DNA of 64,000 nt from an uncultured Acidimicrobiia bacterium (GCA_963790345.1 CAWBOD010000011.1:227681-291680); one strand, 5' to 3'; positions 10,635 through 21,952 are shown, counted from the first letter of the stretch. Made by a program: numbers and translations. Notes: a model not told the origin generated them from the sequence alone.

Positions 10635-12330
10635 CTACAGCCCCAAGGCTCTGGCCACGAAGGTAGCCATCTGGTCTCGCTTTACCGGGTCGATCGGGCA
10701 ATACAGACTGGGAGTGGTGCTGCAGCCGGTCGTGATCCCGGCCAGACGAATCGCCTCGACTGCCTGGGCGTACCACTGGTCGGCGGGAACATCTCCGAAA
10801 ATCGAACCGGCGGCCGGTTGGGAGAGCTGAAAGGCGCGGTTGAGAAAAACCGCCATCTCCGCACGCGTGACAGGCCGGTTGGGACCGTAAGTCCCGTCCG
10901 CGTTGCCGGTCGTGATGCCGAGCTCTCTGAGCCGCTCCACGTAGCCGGTGTACCACTGCCCCGCCGGAACGTCGGGAAAGGCGCCGGTGAAAGAAGCCGA
11001 GGGCTGTTCCTCGATAGCCGCAATGAGAAACGCAGCCATTTCAGCGCGGGTGACGTTGGAGGCGGGACAGAACCGATCGACCAGCGGAGGATTGCATCCA
11101 CGAGTGATGCCCCGGGCGGCGATGGCCTCGATGTTGGACTCGTGGAAGTTTCCGTTGTCGTCAATGAACCGCTCGCTGACGGCGTCGCCCTGGACCCGCA
11201 CCCGGAAGCTTTCGCCGGTCCTCTCGAGAATCGTGATGGTCATTCCCCGGACCGAGAACGAGTCCCCGACAGCGAAGACATGCTCGCTCGAGCTGAAGGA
11301 CACGGTCGGCGGGACCGGTGCTGTCCTGCGATCGAGGCCGAAGCAACCGCCGACGATCGAAGGTGAGCAACTGTTCTGATCGATCGAATAGACCTCCACC
11401 CCCTCGGCAGGAAGGCCGAAGTCGTATCCGCTCCGCACTCTGACGCTCAATGTCTCGAAGACGCCCTGCTGATCGGTTGGGAGCACAAGCATCCTGACCC
11501 CGGCCGTGGCCCCGAGGGTGTAGACCAGGTCCCCTCCACGGTGGAAGTAGACGCCCTCCGGACCAAACCACCCGGCCGCATAGCGGTTGACTGCGATCGT
11601 CCCGATGTCGAGATCGTCGGAGTCGCCCCCGCTCATCAGATCCATCGGATTGTCATATTCGTAAATGACGCCGTCCTCGAACGTCGCCAGGCCGGCGAAG
11701 GAATGGGGCCAGAAAATGGCGTGACCTATTTCATGGGCGGCGGTGCGGAACGCCGGCGAGCTTTCGAAACCCGACCAGCGCCTCCCCACCGACCACAACG
11801 ATCCGCGAGTTGGCCGGATAGGTGCTCGGACACCCCTGGGTGACTCGACAAACGAAGCCACCAGTTGCATAGCCGCCGCCGTAGGAGGCGTCCACCACGA
11901 CCAGCGCCCCTTCGCTGATCCCCGAACTCTCGAACGCGACCAGCCCTTCGCATTCTCCTTGCAGGTGGAAGGGATTGTCGGGCCATTGCGACGGAGCGGT
12001 CGCAGTGACAGTCCCGGCGGCTGCGAACACAGGGCGATACTGATTGGCGGACAGCGCCTGAAAGTACGAAGTGACCGAGGCGTTGAGCACGTCGGCAGCT
12101 TTGGCCGGAGTGATCGGAACGCTTCCGTCGGGAACATCGCAGACCCACACCTCCCAGGAGTCCGTGCCGGTCGAGTACGTATCGGTCTGGTCCTTGTGCG
12201 AGATCAGCCCCAGAGGATCCGACCCGTACGGATCTGTCTGAGCTGCCGCCGGCAACGACGTCATGAGCAGCAGAATCAGTGATGAGACCGCCCCCACCTT
12301 GCTCAACTCGCCGAGTGGCGACCGCCTCAC
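10635..12330 (-). pseudogene. secreted zinc metalloprotease with three C-terminal SLH repeats, one frameshift
   Basis: N-terminal signal peptide (VSSLILLLMTSLPAAAQ) frame joins the HEIGHAIFWPH frame near 11765..11772. C-terminus has three SLH-like repeats (FPDVPAGQWY..., FGDVPADQWY...). Start is either GTG 12330 or ATG 12375. Confidence 0.7.
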
Positions 12331-12332
12331 TC

Positions 12333-12430
12333 GCTTATCCAAGCGGGGGACCCGGTGCCCATCCGCTCTATCCAAGCGGGGGACCGGTGCCCATCCGCTC
12401 TATCCAAGCGGGGGACCCGGTGACCATCCG
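12333..12430. repeat. 3 x 32-33 bp tandem repeat in the fadD/metalloprotease intergenic region
   Basis: GCT(C)TATCCAAGCGGGGGACC(C)GGTG(C/A)CCATCC units start at 12333, 12365 and 12397. Each holds a small CCGCT-N7-AGCGG inverted repeat. Confidence 0.85.
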
Positions 12431-12461
12431 CAGGTTCCGTCGACTCAGCATGGCCGTCGAT

Positions 12462-14288
12462 TCAGCCGTACATCGACTCGATGTCGGACGAGTACTTCTC
12501 GAGCACGACCCGCCGCTTCAACTTCAGCGATGGGGTTATTTCGCCACTGTCAGGAGTCCAGGCATCGGGCACGATGACGAACTTCTTGACCTGTTCGACC
12601 CTCGACACTTCCTGATTGGCGGCATCGAGAGCGGTCTGCAGTTCGGCTCTGACCTCGGGGAGCCGGCTGAAGCTGGCGAGATCGGTGAACGTCACGCCAT
12701 TCTTGGCGGCCCAGATCGGCGCCTCTTCGCCATCGAGGGCGAAGATCATCGAGAGATACTGTCGGCCGTCGCCGATCATGCACGCCTGAGCCACGAGCTG
12801 ATGGTTCTTCAGCGCCGTTTCCAGCTTGGCCGGGGCGATGTTCTTCCCGGCAGCATTGATGATGATTTCCTTCTTCCGTCCGACGATGAAGAGGAACCCA
12901 TCGTCATCGAAGCGACCCAGATCGCCCGAGTGCAGCCAACCTTCGCTGTCAAAGGCCTCGGCCGTCTCCTCCGGAGCCCGGTAATAGCCGGAGGTGATGA
13001 CTCCACCGCGCATCAGGATTTCACCGTCGTCCGCCAGGACCACCTCGACCCCCGGCAGAGCGCGGCCGACACTTCCGACCTTTTCTGCATCGGGGAGGTT
13101 GCTGGTGGCCGGGCCGGTGGTCTCGCTCATGCCATAAAGCTCGAAGAGTGGAAGCCCGATTCCCCGGAAGAAGAAGATCAAGTCGGCGCTGATCGGTGCA
13201 GCGGCGGTGATGGCGATGTCGATGGCGTCCATCCCGAGGCCATGGCGAACTTTGGAAAATATGAGGCGCTCAAAGAGAGCCAGCTTGACCCGGTCGATCA
13301 AGCCGGGTGTTTTTCCTGCTTGCCGGGTTCGCATCACGGACTCGCCATGGGCGACCGCGCTCCGGATCAGCTTCTCACGCTTGGGATCCTCGCCGAACCT
13401 TGCTTCCAGGCGGTTGTGGAATTTTTCCCAGACCCGGGGCACGGCCACGAACAGGGTCGGCCTGGCTTTGGTCACATACTCGAGGACCAGACCGACGTCG
13501 GGGCAGTACCAAACCTCGCCGGCGAGATACGCGCCCAGGTAATGGGTCGACATCCGCTCGGCGATATGAGCCAAAGGCAGATACGACACCATCCTCGGGT
13601 TGTCGGCAAGATGGGTTCCCAGGCGAACGCACTCCGCGGTCCACATGACGTTGCGATGGGTGACCATTACCCCTTTGGGAACCCCGGTGGTCCCCGACGT
13701 GTAGATGAGAGTGGCCAGACCTTCGGGCTTGGCGGCCGCGGCCGCTCGCTCGACCAGGCCGGGATCGGCGGCCAGGGCCGAGCGACCCCGCTCCATCAGG
13801 TCATCCCACGACAGCACCCAGTCGACCATGTCGTAGTTCTCGGACCCCTCCATCAGGATCACATGGCTCAGAGCCGGCAACTCGGCCTTGATCGACTCCC
13901 AGCGCTTCATGAACGAAAGATCCTCGAGAATCGCCACCTTGGCGCCGCAGTTGGCAGCCACATACTGAATCTGGCTCTGCGCCAGCGTCGAATAGATCGT
14001 GACGCCCGTGGCCCCGGCATGCACGGCCGCCAGGTCGCCGATCACGTGCTCGGGCCTGTTGCCCGACATGATTGCGACGAAATCGCCTCCCGACACCCCG
14101 AGTGAAATCAGCCCGGCCGCGGCCTCGTGGACCGACCTGCGATATTGGGACCAGGTGAGATGGCGCCAGATGTCGCCTTCCTTCCAGTGGATCGCAGCTT
14201 TGTCCGCGTAGTCACGAGCGTTGCGATTGAAGACATCGACCAGGGTCTTCCCCTCCACCGTCGCATCGATCGCCGCGCGTTCTGCCAT
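12462..14288 (-). CDS. fadD: long-chain fatty-acid--CoA ligase (AMP-dependent synthetase)
   Basis: LIYTSGTTGVPKGVMVTHRN AMP-binding motif, with GWLHSGDLG and a C-terminal PSLKLKRR. ATG 14288 is preferred. A TTG at 14387 would overlap the upstream gene. Confidence 0.9.
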   Translation of the reverse strand: MAERAAIDATVEGKTLVDVFNRNARDYADKAAIHWKEGDIWRHLTWSQYRRSVHEAAAGLISLGVSGGDFVAIMSGNRPEHVIGDLAAVHAGATGVTIYSTLAQSQIQYVAANCGAKVAILEDLSFMKRWESIKAELPALSHVILMEGSENYDMVDWVLSWDDLMERGRSALAADPGLVERAAAAAKPEGLATLIYTSGTTGVPKGVMVTHRNVMWTAECVRLGTHLADNPRMVSYLPLAHIAERMSTHYLGAYLAGEVWYCPDVGLVLEYVTKARPTLFVAVPRVWEKFHNRLEARFGEDPKREKLIRSAVAHGESVMRTRQAGKTPGLIDRVKLALFERLIFSKVRHGLGMDAIDIAITAAAPISADLIFFFRGIGLPLFELYGMSETTGPATSNLPDAEKVGSVGRALPGVEVVLADDGEILMRGGVITSGYYRAPEETAEAFDSEGWLHSGDLGRFDDDGFLFIVGRKKEIIINAAGKNIAPAKLETALKNHQLVAQACMIGDGRQYLSMIFALDGEEAPIWAAKNGVTFTDLASFSRLPEVRAELQTALDAANQEVSRVEQVKKFVIVPDAWTPDSGEITPSLKLKRRVVLEKYSSDIESMYG

Positions 14289-14368
14289 TACGTTTGCCGC
14301 GCTGCGAACGGGGCCATTGCTCCTCCAGATTTCAGCGGACGGCTCTCTCTTGACGGAGCATACCGATG

Positions 14369-15514
14369 TCAGCTGTGCTGTATCCAAGGGACTCGAGGAG
14401 CTGGCTCACCTCGGTTGCCGATGAGACAGGGTCGGGTGATGTCGATCCAGGAGGAATCGACAGCCGGCGTTAGGGAGAATCGGGGGGCGGGAGCGGGCTG
14501 AGGGATGCCGTCGATGTCGACGAACGTCTCTCTGGCCAACAGGTGGTCGTCGATGAGCGATTCGGAGAGTGACCAGACCGGTGAAACGCAGGCATCGGTC
14601 CCCGCGAACCGCTCTACCCATTCTCCCCGGGTGCGGCTGGCGAATTCGGCCTCGAACCGCGCCGTCATAGCGGCCCAGCCCTTGCGGTCGTATTGATCGC
14701 CGACTTCGGCAGCAGCGAGATCGAGGCCCTTCAGCAGTTCGGCGAAGAACTGCGGCTCGAGAGCGCCCACCGCTACGAAGCCGCCTTCGCGGGTGCCGTA
14801 GGTGCGATAGAACGGGGCCGCGCCGTCGAGCAGATTCGATTGGCGTCCATCCACCCAGCTTCCGGAAGCAAGCAGTCCTCGCAAGGCGGCGGCCAACAGG
14901 GCAGATCCGTCGACCATGGCCGCATCCACCACCTGGCCTTCCCCGGAACTTCGGGCGTGGTTGAGCGCGGCCAGAACCCCCACCAACAAGAGCATCGCCC
15001 CTCCGCCGTAGTCGGCCACCAGGTTCAGAGGGGGATAAGGGCGATCGGCCGGTCCGATCGCGGAAAGGTTTCCAGATACCGCCAGATAGTTGATGTCGTG
15101 TCCAGCCGTCGCCGCCAAGGGTCCCGCCTGACCCCAACCGGTCATGCGACCGTATACGAGGGCCGGGTTGCGGGCGTGACACTCCTCCGGTCCCAGTCCG
15201 AGCCGTTCGACCACTCCGGGCCGGTGACCTTCGATCAGAATGTCGGCGGAGGTTGCCAGGCGCAGAACCACCTCGACTCCGGTCGGCTGTTTGAGATCGA
15301 CGACGATGGACCTCTTCCCTCGCGTTGTGGGATCGGAACCAGTCATCTCCGCGATGAGCCCGGGTTCGGGTCGATCGACCCGGACAACGTCGGCTCCGAG
15401 GTCGGCCAGGACCATGCCGGCAAACGGCACCGGGCCGATCCCCGCCAATTCCACCACCTTGACTCCATCGAGTGGCCCCCCGCGTCGTGAAGTGTCGTGA
15501 TTCGCAGTGACCAT
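14369..15514 (-). CDS. CoA-transferase family III protein (alpha-methylacyl-CoA racemase-like)
   Basis: GPLDGVKVVELAGIGPVPFAGMVLADLGADVVRVDRP N-terminus typical of the CaiB/BaiF family. Start taken as ATG 15514. Confidence 0.85.
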   Translation of the reverse strand: MVTANHDTSRRGGPLDGVKVVELAGIGPVPFAGMVLADLGADVVRVDRPEPGLIAEMTGSDPTTRGKRSIVVDLKQPTGVEVVLRLATSADILIEGHRPGVVERLGLGPEECHARNPALVYGRMTGWGQAGPLAATAGHDINYLAVSGNLSAIGPADRPYPPLNLVADYGGGAMLLLVGVLAALNHARSSGEGQVVDAAMVDGSALLAAALRGLLASGSWVDGRQSNLLDGAAPFYRTYGTREGGFVAVGALEPQFFAELLKGLDLAAAEVGDQYDRKGWAAMTARFEAEFASRTRGEWVERFAGTDACVSPVWSLSESLIDDHLLARETFVDIDGIPQPAPAPRFSLTPAVDSSWIDITRPCLIGNRGEPAPRVPWIQHS

Positions 15515-15599
15515 CGATGACAACCGTAGAGCCTTGGTTGCACGCAGGGACACGCCCACGCGATTGATCTAGCCTCCGGCTGCAAATGGAGACCGGTCT

Positions 15600-16231
15600 A
15601 TGAGCAACAAAGGAATCGTCGTCACCGCGACCGGCGTCGCCTCGGGACCCCCAGACCGGGCCGTGCTGACGCTGGGCGCCAACGCGGTACGCGGCAGATG
15701 CGGCAACGGCACTCGCAGCCGCCAACAGCAGTATCGAGAAGCTCATTTCAACACTGGCCGGCCTCGGCATCCAAGGTCCCGACATCCAGACATCTGACTT
15801 GTGGATCCACCCCGAGCACAACCACGAGGGTTCGTCGGCCGGCTTTCGGGTGAGGAACACGGTGCGAGTCACAACGACGGCACTGGACGGTCTGGGAGAG
15901 CTCATCAGCGCAGCCACTGCGGTCCTGGGAGACCTCACCGAAATCCATGGCCTCACCTTCGAGGTCTCCGATCCGGCTCCCCTGGAAGCCCAAGGCGCGG
16001 GTTCGAGCCTGGGCGCGGGCCCATGACAAAGCACGACAACTCGCCGACCTGGCCGGCGCCCGTCTCGGCAAGGCGGTCGAGGTGCGGGAAACCAGCCGTT
16101 ACGACCAGGGACCGATGTACATGGACCTCGCCAGTCCCAAAGGTGTTCCCATCGAAACCGGAGCGGCCTTGGTGGAGGTCCATCTCCAGGTCCGGTTTGC
16201 CCAGTTCCCGGACGACAACACTTCCGGATGA
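15600..16231 (+). pseudogene. SIMPL/DUF541 family protein, two frameshifts
   Basis: Three consecutive frames read GIVVTATGVASGPPDRAVLTLGANAV / ADAATALAAANSSIEKL...FRVRNTVRVTT...EVSDPAPLEAQ / ARVRAWARAHDKARQLADLAGARLG. Switches near 15688..15695 and 15990..15998. Confidence 0.75.
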
Positions 16232-17713
16232 CGCGCCAGAGCGGCGTTCTCGCCCACATCACATCGCTCCCGGGACCACATGGAGTTGGCACGTTGGGTG
16301 AAGAGGCTCGAGAGTTCGCCCGGGCTCTCGCCGACGCCGGCCAAAAACTGTGGCAGGTGCTGCCGGTCGGACCGACCGGTTATCGGGACTCGCCCTATCA
16401 ATCGCCCTCGACTTTTGCCGGGAACCCGTTGTTGATCGACCTGAACGACCTCGTGGTCGATGGACTCTTGCACGGTCCCGAGATAACCCAACTCGATGCC
16501 CTCCCTCGTCATTGGGTCGAATTTCGGGGAGTTGATCCCGGACAAGTCCAGGTTGCTGGTCCTGGCGGCCCGGCGGTTCCTCCGTCGGGGGGGCGACAAC
16601 GAATACGATGGTTTTCGGAAGACACCCTGGCTTGACTCGTATGCGACGTATGCAGCCATCAAGCAGTCATACGGAGGACGTTCGTGGGTGGAGTGGGACC
16701 ACGGCCTGGCCATGAGGGATCCCATCGCCCTGGCCCGCGCCTCGGCCCGCTTGGAAGGGTCGGATCGAAGTCGAGCGGGCGATTCAATACCTGTTTCATC
16801 GACAGTGGGAAAGGCTCATCGATCACGCCCACTCGTTGGGGGTGTCATTGATCGGGGACCTTCCGATATTCGTGGCTCACGACTCGGCCGATGTCTGGTC
16901 GCGGCCCGACCTCTTCCATCTGAGTGGCGACGGCCGTCCGACGGTGGTCGCCGGCGTGCCTCCCGACTATTTCGCCGCGACCGGGCAGCGATGGGGCAAT
17001 CCGTTGTACGACTGGGAGGCCCACCGCTCGGAGTCCTACCAATGGTGGGCCGACCGACTCCGGGCCACCTTTGCACGGTTCGATATGGTGAGGATCGACC
17101 ACTTCCGCGGCTTCGTTTCTTTCTGGGAGATCCCCGCTCACGAACCCACCGCCGTGAACGGCCGCTGGGTGAAGGGTCCGGGACTCGAATTGTTCACGGC
17201 CCTGGAATCGAGGATCGGATCGATGGCGATCATCGCCGAGGACCTTGGCATCATCACCGACGAGGTCACCGATCTGCGTCGCTTGCTCGGCTTCCCCGGA
17301 ATGAGGGTCGCCCAGTTCGGCTTCGATGAGGAGAGCAACACTGCCATTCATCACCCCTCCAATTACCCACCCGATGTCGTCGCCTATACCGGTACCCACG
17401 ACAACGACACAACCGTCGGATGGTTCTGGGGAGCCGATCAGCGCCACGATCGGCGCCGTCTCAATCGCAATCGGCGGCGACTGCTGGCTCTGGCAGGATC
17501 GCGAGGCCAGGACATCAACTGGGACCTGATCAGGATTGTTTTTGAGTCGGCAGCGGATACCGCGGTGGTGCCGGTGCAGGACCTTCTCGGCCTCGGCAGC
17601 GAGGCCCGGATGAATACCCCGGGGCGGGAGGAGGGCAACTGGATCTGGCGGATGACGAACCGGTTGAGCCCGGAACTATCGGAGCGACTCCAGCAGATGA
17701 CCGCTCGACCTGA
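16228..17713 (+). pseudogene. malQ: 4-alpha-glucanotransferase (amylomaltase), at least two frameshifts, 3' end unresolved
   Basis: SGVLAHITSLPGPHGVGTLG start. Frame switches near 16524..16529 and 16757..16761. Downstream motifs are GDLPIFVAHDSADVW, RIDHFRGF and YTGTHDNDT, ending ...EEGNWIWRM. The current frame has no stop until 18236, so another indel is implied. Confidence 0.85.
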
Positions 17714-17760
17714 CGCCGATCGAGACGAAGAGGCCTCGACGACAGGTCACGACGCAGGAG

Positions 17761-18560
17761 ATGACCCGATCGACACGGAGACTGAATTGGGATCCCGACA
17801 GCTACATGGAGTTCGCCGACCTGCGGAGCCGCCCCGGACTCGAATTGATCGCCCGGATCAGCCATCCCGATCCCGAGGTCATCGTCGACCTCGGCTGCGG
17901 ACCCGGGCATTTCACCGCAGTGCTGGCGCGGCGCTGGCCCAACGCCAAGGTCGTTGGAATCGACGACTCCGGGGAGATGCTGCAGAGGGCCGAATCTCAA
18001 TTCCCCTCCCATCTCTGGCCGACGATCGAATGGCGTCACGAAGAGATCGCACGATGGGCTCCACAACATCCCGTCTCCATCCTGTTCAGCAATGCCGCGC
18101 TGCATTGGCTGGGGAGCCATCAGACCCTTTTCCCGCGGCTGCTGGCGACCATCAAGCCCGAGGGAGTGTTCGCCGTTCAGATGCCGGACAATTGGGACCA
18201 GCCTTCTCACCGACTCATCGGCCGCCTGGTTGGTGATCCCCGCTGGAGCGCAGCGGACCGCCCCGGCGTTCCTCGGCCATCCGGTTGCAGAACCGGCCGA
18301 GTATCGAAGATGGCTGCGAGCGAGCGCAGCCGAGATCGATCTCTGGAGGACGACCTATCACCACGTTCTCGAAGGCTCTGACGCGGTGTTGGGGTGGGTC
18401 AAAGGATCGGTGCTTGCGACCGATCCTTTCCGTCCTCGAGCCGGCTGAATCGGAAGAATTCCTATCCGAACTGGCCGAGGGCGTACCGGACGAGCTATCC
18501 GCCGCAGGAGGATGGTGGGACCCTCTTCCCGTTCAGCCGCCTGTTCATCGTGGCCAGCGA
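17761..18560 (+). pseudogene. tam: trans-aconitate 2-methyltransferase-like SAM methyltransferase, at least three frameshifts, 3' end unresolved
   Basis: WDPDSYMEFADLRSRPGLELI and VDLGCGPGHFT are in frame 1. The reading then passes through frames 2, 0 and 1 (AEYRRWL..., [35 protein letters not shown]). Switches near 18245, 18415 and 18480. Confidence 0.75.
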
Positions 18561-18590
18561 CGGCGGTCTTGCAGACTTCGACGAGCCGCT

Positions 18591-19487
18591 TCATCGGGCT
18601 TTCTCGATCGGGCTTCTCGTCGGGACCTCACTGCATTTCCGTATTCGGTCCACGATCCGTCGTAGTTGCGAACCCGCTCGAACCCCAGCAGATGGGTCAG
18701 CACGAACCAGGTATGCGCCGATCGCTCGCCGATGCGGCAATAGGCGATCACGTCATCGCCCGGGAGCGAGGCCCGCTTCGTCGATGTAGAGGGCCTTGAG
18801 TTCCTCGGCGGACTTGAAGGTGTTGTCTTCGTTGGCGGCCTTTTTCCAGGGAACGCTCTTGGCCCCGGGGATGTGGCCACCCCTCAGCGCCCCTTCGTTG
18901 GGATAGTCGGGCATATGCAGCCGCTCACCCCGGTACTCCTCCGGTGACCGAACATCGATGAGAGGTTTGCGTTCCTTGCTGTGCGGCAAGACGTCACCGA
19001 GAAAGGCTCGGACCTGTGCGATCGTCACGAGTCGGCATCGGGTAGTCCGCTGCCTCTCGGTCGGGTGTGTCGGTGCTCAGCTCGCGGCCTTCGGCCACCC
19101 ACTTGGCGCGGCCGCCATCGAGAAGGCGTGTATCGGCGTGGCCGAAGAGCTCGAACACCCACAAGGCGTAGGCGGCCCACCAGTTGAAGTTGTCGCCGTA
19201 GAAAACAACTGTGCTGTCGGGCCCGATTCCACTGCTTCGACATGAGTCGGGCGAATTCATCCGGCCCGAGGTAGTCCCGCATGACCGGATCGTTGAGATC
19301 CGCCACCCAGTCGATCTTGATAGCGCCCGGAATATGTCCGGTGTGGTAGAGCAGGACGTCTTCATCGGATTCGACGATGACCAGGTTGGGGTCGTTCAAA
19401 TGCTCGGCCAGCCAGTCCGTCGAAACCAGGCGATCGGGGTGTGGAGTAGTCCCGGAACTTTTCGGCAGGGTCGGCAGCGACAGGCAA
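18591..19487 (-). pseudogene. sseA: thiosulfate sulfurtransferase (tandem rhodanese), about five frameshifts
   Basis: Pieces in different frames concatenate to a full-length rhodanese: [11 protein letters not shown]...[11 protein letters not shown] / [19 protein letters not shown] / [11 protein letters not shown]...[11 protein letters not shown] / [17 protein letters not shown]...[10 protein letters not shown] / [11 protein letters not shown]-stop. One switch sits at a G4 run, 19436..19439. Confidence 0.85.
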
Positions 19488-19556
19488 GAAAACTCCTCTT
19501 CTCGATCTCTTAACACTATCACCGTAGTGGTAACTCGACCCGGGGGTACACTCCGG

Positions 19557-19983
19557 ATGGCCCTTCCGGAACGCTTGGCCCAGATCGTCGAGGCCTTCAG
19601 CAAGCTCCCCAAGGACTTCCGGGTTGAGGCGTTGCTCGACTTCTCCAAGCGGCTCCCGCCCTGCCGGACGACCTGGCGGCCAACCGCGACGCCTCGAGCA
19701 GGTCCACGAATGCCAGACTCCGTTCTTCCTCGCCACCAGGATCGAGGATGGCAAGGTGAGGGTGTTTTTCGATGCCCCGCCGGAGTCACCGACAGTGCGC
19801 GGCTATGCCGGAATTCTCGCCGCCGGTCTCGATGGTGAGACGGCCGAGGCAATCCTCGATGTCGACAGCGACTTCTATCTGAACATGGGCCTCGAAGAAG
19901 TCGTGACTCCGCTGCGTTTCCGCGGGATGGGGGCGATCCTGGCCCGATTGAAGCGACAGGTGGCCGCGGCCCAAGCCGCATGA
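19557..19983 (+). pseudogene. sufE: SufE-like sulfur acceptor protein, one frameshift
   Basis: [35 protein letters not shown] (frame 0) continues as ...[28 protein letters not shown]...[11 protein letters not shown] (frame 1). Switch near 19660. Confidence 0.8.
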
Positions 19984-20176
19984 AGACACGCATGGGAGCA
20001 TCTGCCCGATGAAACGACAGGTCGCGACCGACCGCAGACTTTCTAGCGTCGGATCACTATGGGTAACAACTGCAGTGCCGGCGCGTCTTGCCCTATGGGT
20101 ATCGATATCATCGACCACGGAGAGTGGTAAGAGCCGGCGGGTGCGGGCCTGCGGCCCAGACGCAAGGGAGTCCTCG

Positions 20177-21874
20177 ATGATGAGACGCCAACTCGATTGC
20201 AGCAAACTCACTGTGGCGAAACAAGAAGGACGATCGTCGCCGCGTATAGTCGTGCTGGCGCTTTTCATCGCTGGCGCCGGCGGCGCTTTCGAAACCGGGG
20301 ATCGTCTTCCAGGTGGTCACGCCGGATGTGACCGTCGCGGCGACCGACAATGCCGCCGCCGAGAAGCCGGGGCCAACACCGGTACGTTCACGATCAGCCG
20401 GACCGGCGACACCACCAACCCGTTGACGATCAACTATTCCGCTGACCGGCACGGCCAGCAACGGGACCGACTACACGCTCCTGTCCACCGCGGTGGTGAT
20501 ACCGGCCGCCCAGGCACTCAGTGAGCGTGGTGGTGGCGCCGGTGAATGACATGGCACCAGGAAGACGCCGAGACCGTGATCCTCACAGTCACCAGCGGCA
20601 CGGGTTACAACGTCGGTTCGCCCTCGGCGGCCACCGTCACCATCACCGACAACGACCTGCCGACGGTGACCGTGGTGGCAACCGATGCGAACGCTTCCGA
20701 GTCGGGTTCCAACACTGGCAGCTTCACCGTCTCGCGAACCGGTCCGACCACCGCCGCCCTCTCGGTCAGTTACGCCTTGACGGGAACGGCCGGCAACGGC
20801 ACCGACTACTCCGCTCTGTCGACGACGGTTCTGATCGGCGTCGGCCAAGGGTCGGCAACGGTCACGGTGACGCCGACCAACGACGGTGCCCCCGAACCGG
20901 CCGAAACGGTGATCCTGACCGTTTCGCGCCAACGCCCTCTACGACGTCGGTTCGCCCGCGGCGGCCACCGTCAACATCACCGACAACGATCTGCCGACGG
21001 TGACTGTGGTGGCAACCGATGCGAATGCTTCCGAGTCGGGGTCCAACAGTGGAAGTTTCACCGTTACGCGAACCGGTCCCACCGCCGCCGCCCTCTCCGT
21101 CAGTTACACCATGACGGGAACGGCCGGCAACGGCACCGACTACTCCGCTCTGTCGACCACGGTTCTGATCCCCGTCGGACAGCAGTCCGACAACGATCCC
21201 GGTGGTTCCCGTCAATGACGGCGTCTATGGAGCCGACCGAAACGGTGATTCTGACCGTTTCCGCCAACGCCCTCTACGGCATCGGATCGCCTTCGGCGGC
21301 CACCGTCAACATCACCGACAACGACCTGCCGACCGTGAATGTCAACGCCACCGATGACTCGGCGGCGGAGGCTGGACTTGCCACCGGAACATTCACGATC
21401 ACAAGGGGCGGGGACCTCACCTCCCCGCTGACCGTCAACTACACAATCGGTGGATCGGCCACCAATGGCAGCGACTACGCCACCTTGTCGGGATCGGTAG
21501 TGATTGCGGCCGGGTCGGCCTCGGCCACAGTCGTCGTCACCCCTGCGGATGACGGCCTCGACGAAACCAACGAGACCGTGGTCCTCACCCTGGCGGCGGG
21601 AGCGGGCTATCAAGTCGGCTCTTCGAACGACGACACGGTGACGATTGCCGACAACGACGGAACCACCCCCAATCCGCAGCAGCCTGGAAACGGAAACAAC
21701 CAGACTGCCAAGGATCAATGCAAGAACGGTGGCTGGCGAACCCTTGGAGACTTCAAGAACCAGGGTGATTGCGTGAGCTGGTTTGCAACCGGTGGCAAGA
21801 ACCCGCCGGCCGGATCGGCCCCAGAACAAGCATCCTTAGAACAAACAGCCCCAGAACAGACCGACAGCACCTAG
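20177..21874 (+). pseudogene. secreted Calx-beta repeat protein (four ~111-aa repeats plus Cys-containing C-terminal module), at least eight frameshifts
   Basis: SD-like AAGGGAG lies 7 nt before ATG 20177. Four repeats have the form (L)PTVTVxATDxxAxE..G.FT(V/I)(S/T)RTG....L.V.Y...GTA.NG.DY..LS......G..S..V.V.P.ND...E..ETV.LT. Frames switch at, for example, the G4 runs 20297..20300 and 20369..20372, and near 20923, 21188 and 21228. Confidence 0.75.
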
Positions 21875-21918
21875 CAACATCCGAACAGCCTAGAACAAAC
21901 AGCTCTAGAACAACACCA

Positions 21919-21951
21919 GAATGGGGGCGGCTCCACAAGCCGCCCCCATTC
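21919..21951. terminator. bidirectional hairpin between convergent genes
   Basis: GAATGGGGGCGGC (21919..21931), loop TCCACAA, GCCGCCCCCATTC (21939..21951): a 13-bp perfect stem. Confidence 0.6.
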
Positions 21952-21952
21952 C

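Noticed and set aside
12279-14105. 608-aa plus-strand ORF
   Set aside because: It is an antisense shadow of fadD. Its translation is Arg/Gly/Pro/His-rich low-complexity sequence, whereas the minus strand carries canonical AMP-binding motifs. The same reasoning applies to 14406..16292 (-), 54233..56080 (-), 4150..5280 (-), 1365..2453 (+), 48252..48823 (+) and the 5311..~6530 tail of the 731-aa ORF.
15995-16020. tRNA-like T-arm sequence GGTTCGAGCCTGGGC
   Set aside because: It lies inside the SIMPL-family coding sequence. No acceptor stem, anticodon arm or cloverleaf could be drawn around it.
16836-18236. 466-aa ORF as full-length MalQ C-terminal half
   Set aside because: Only the part up to about 17700 is MalQ-like. 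The remainder overlaps tam out of frame and is Arg/Pro-rich noise caused by a missing stop.
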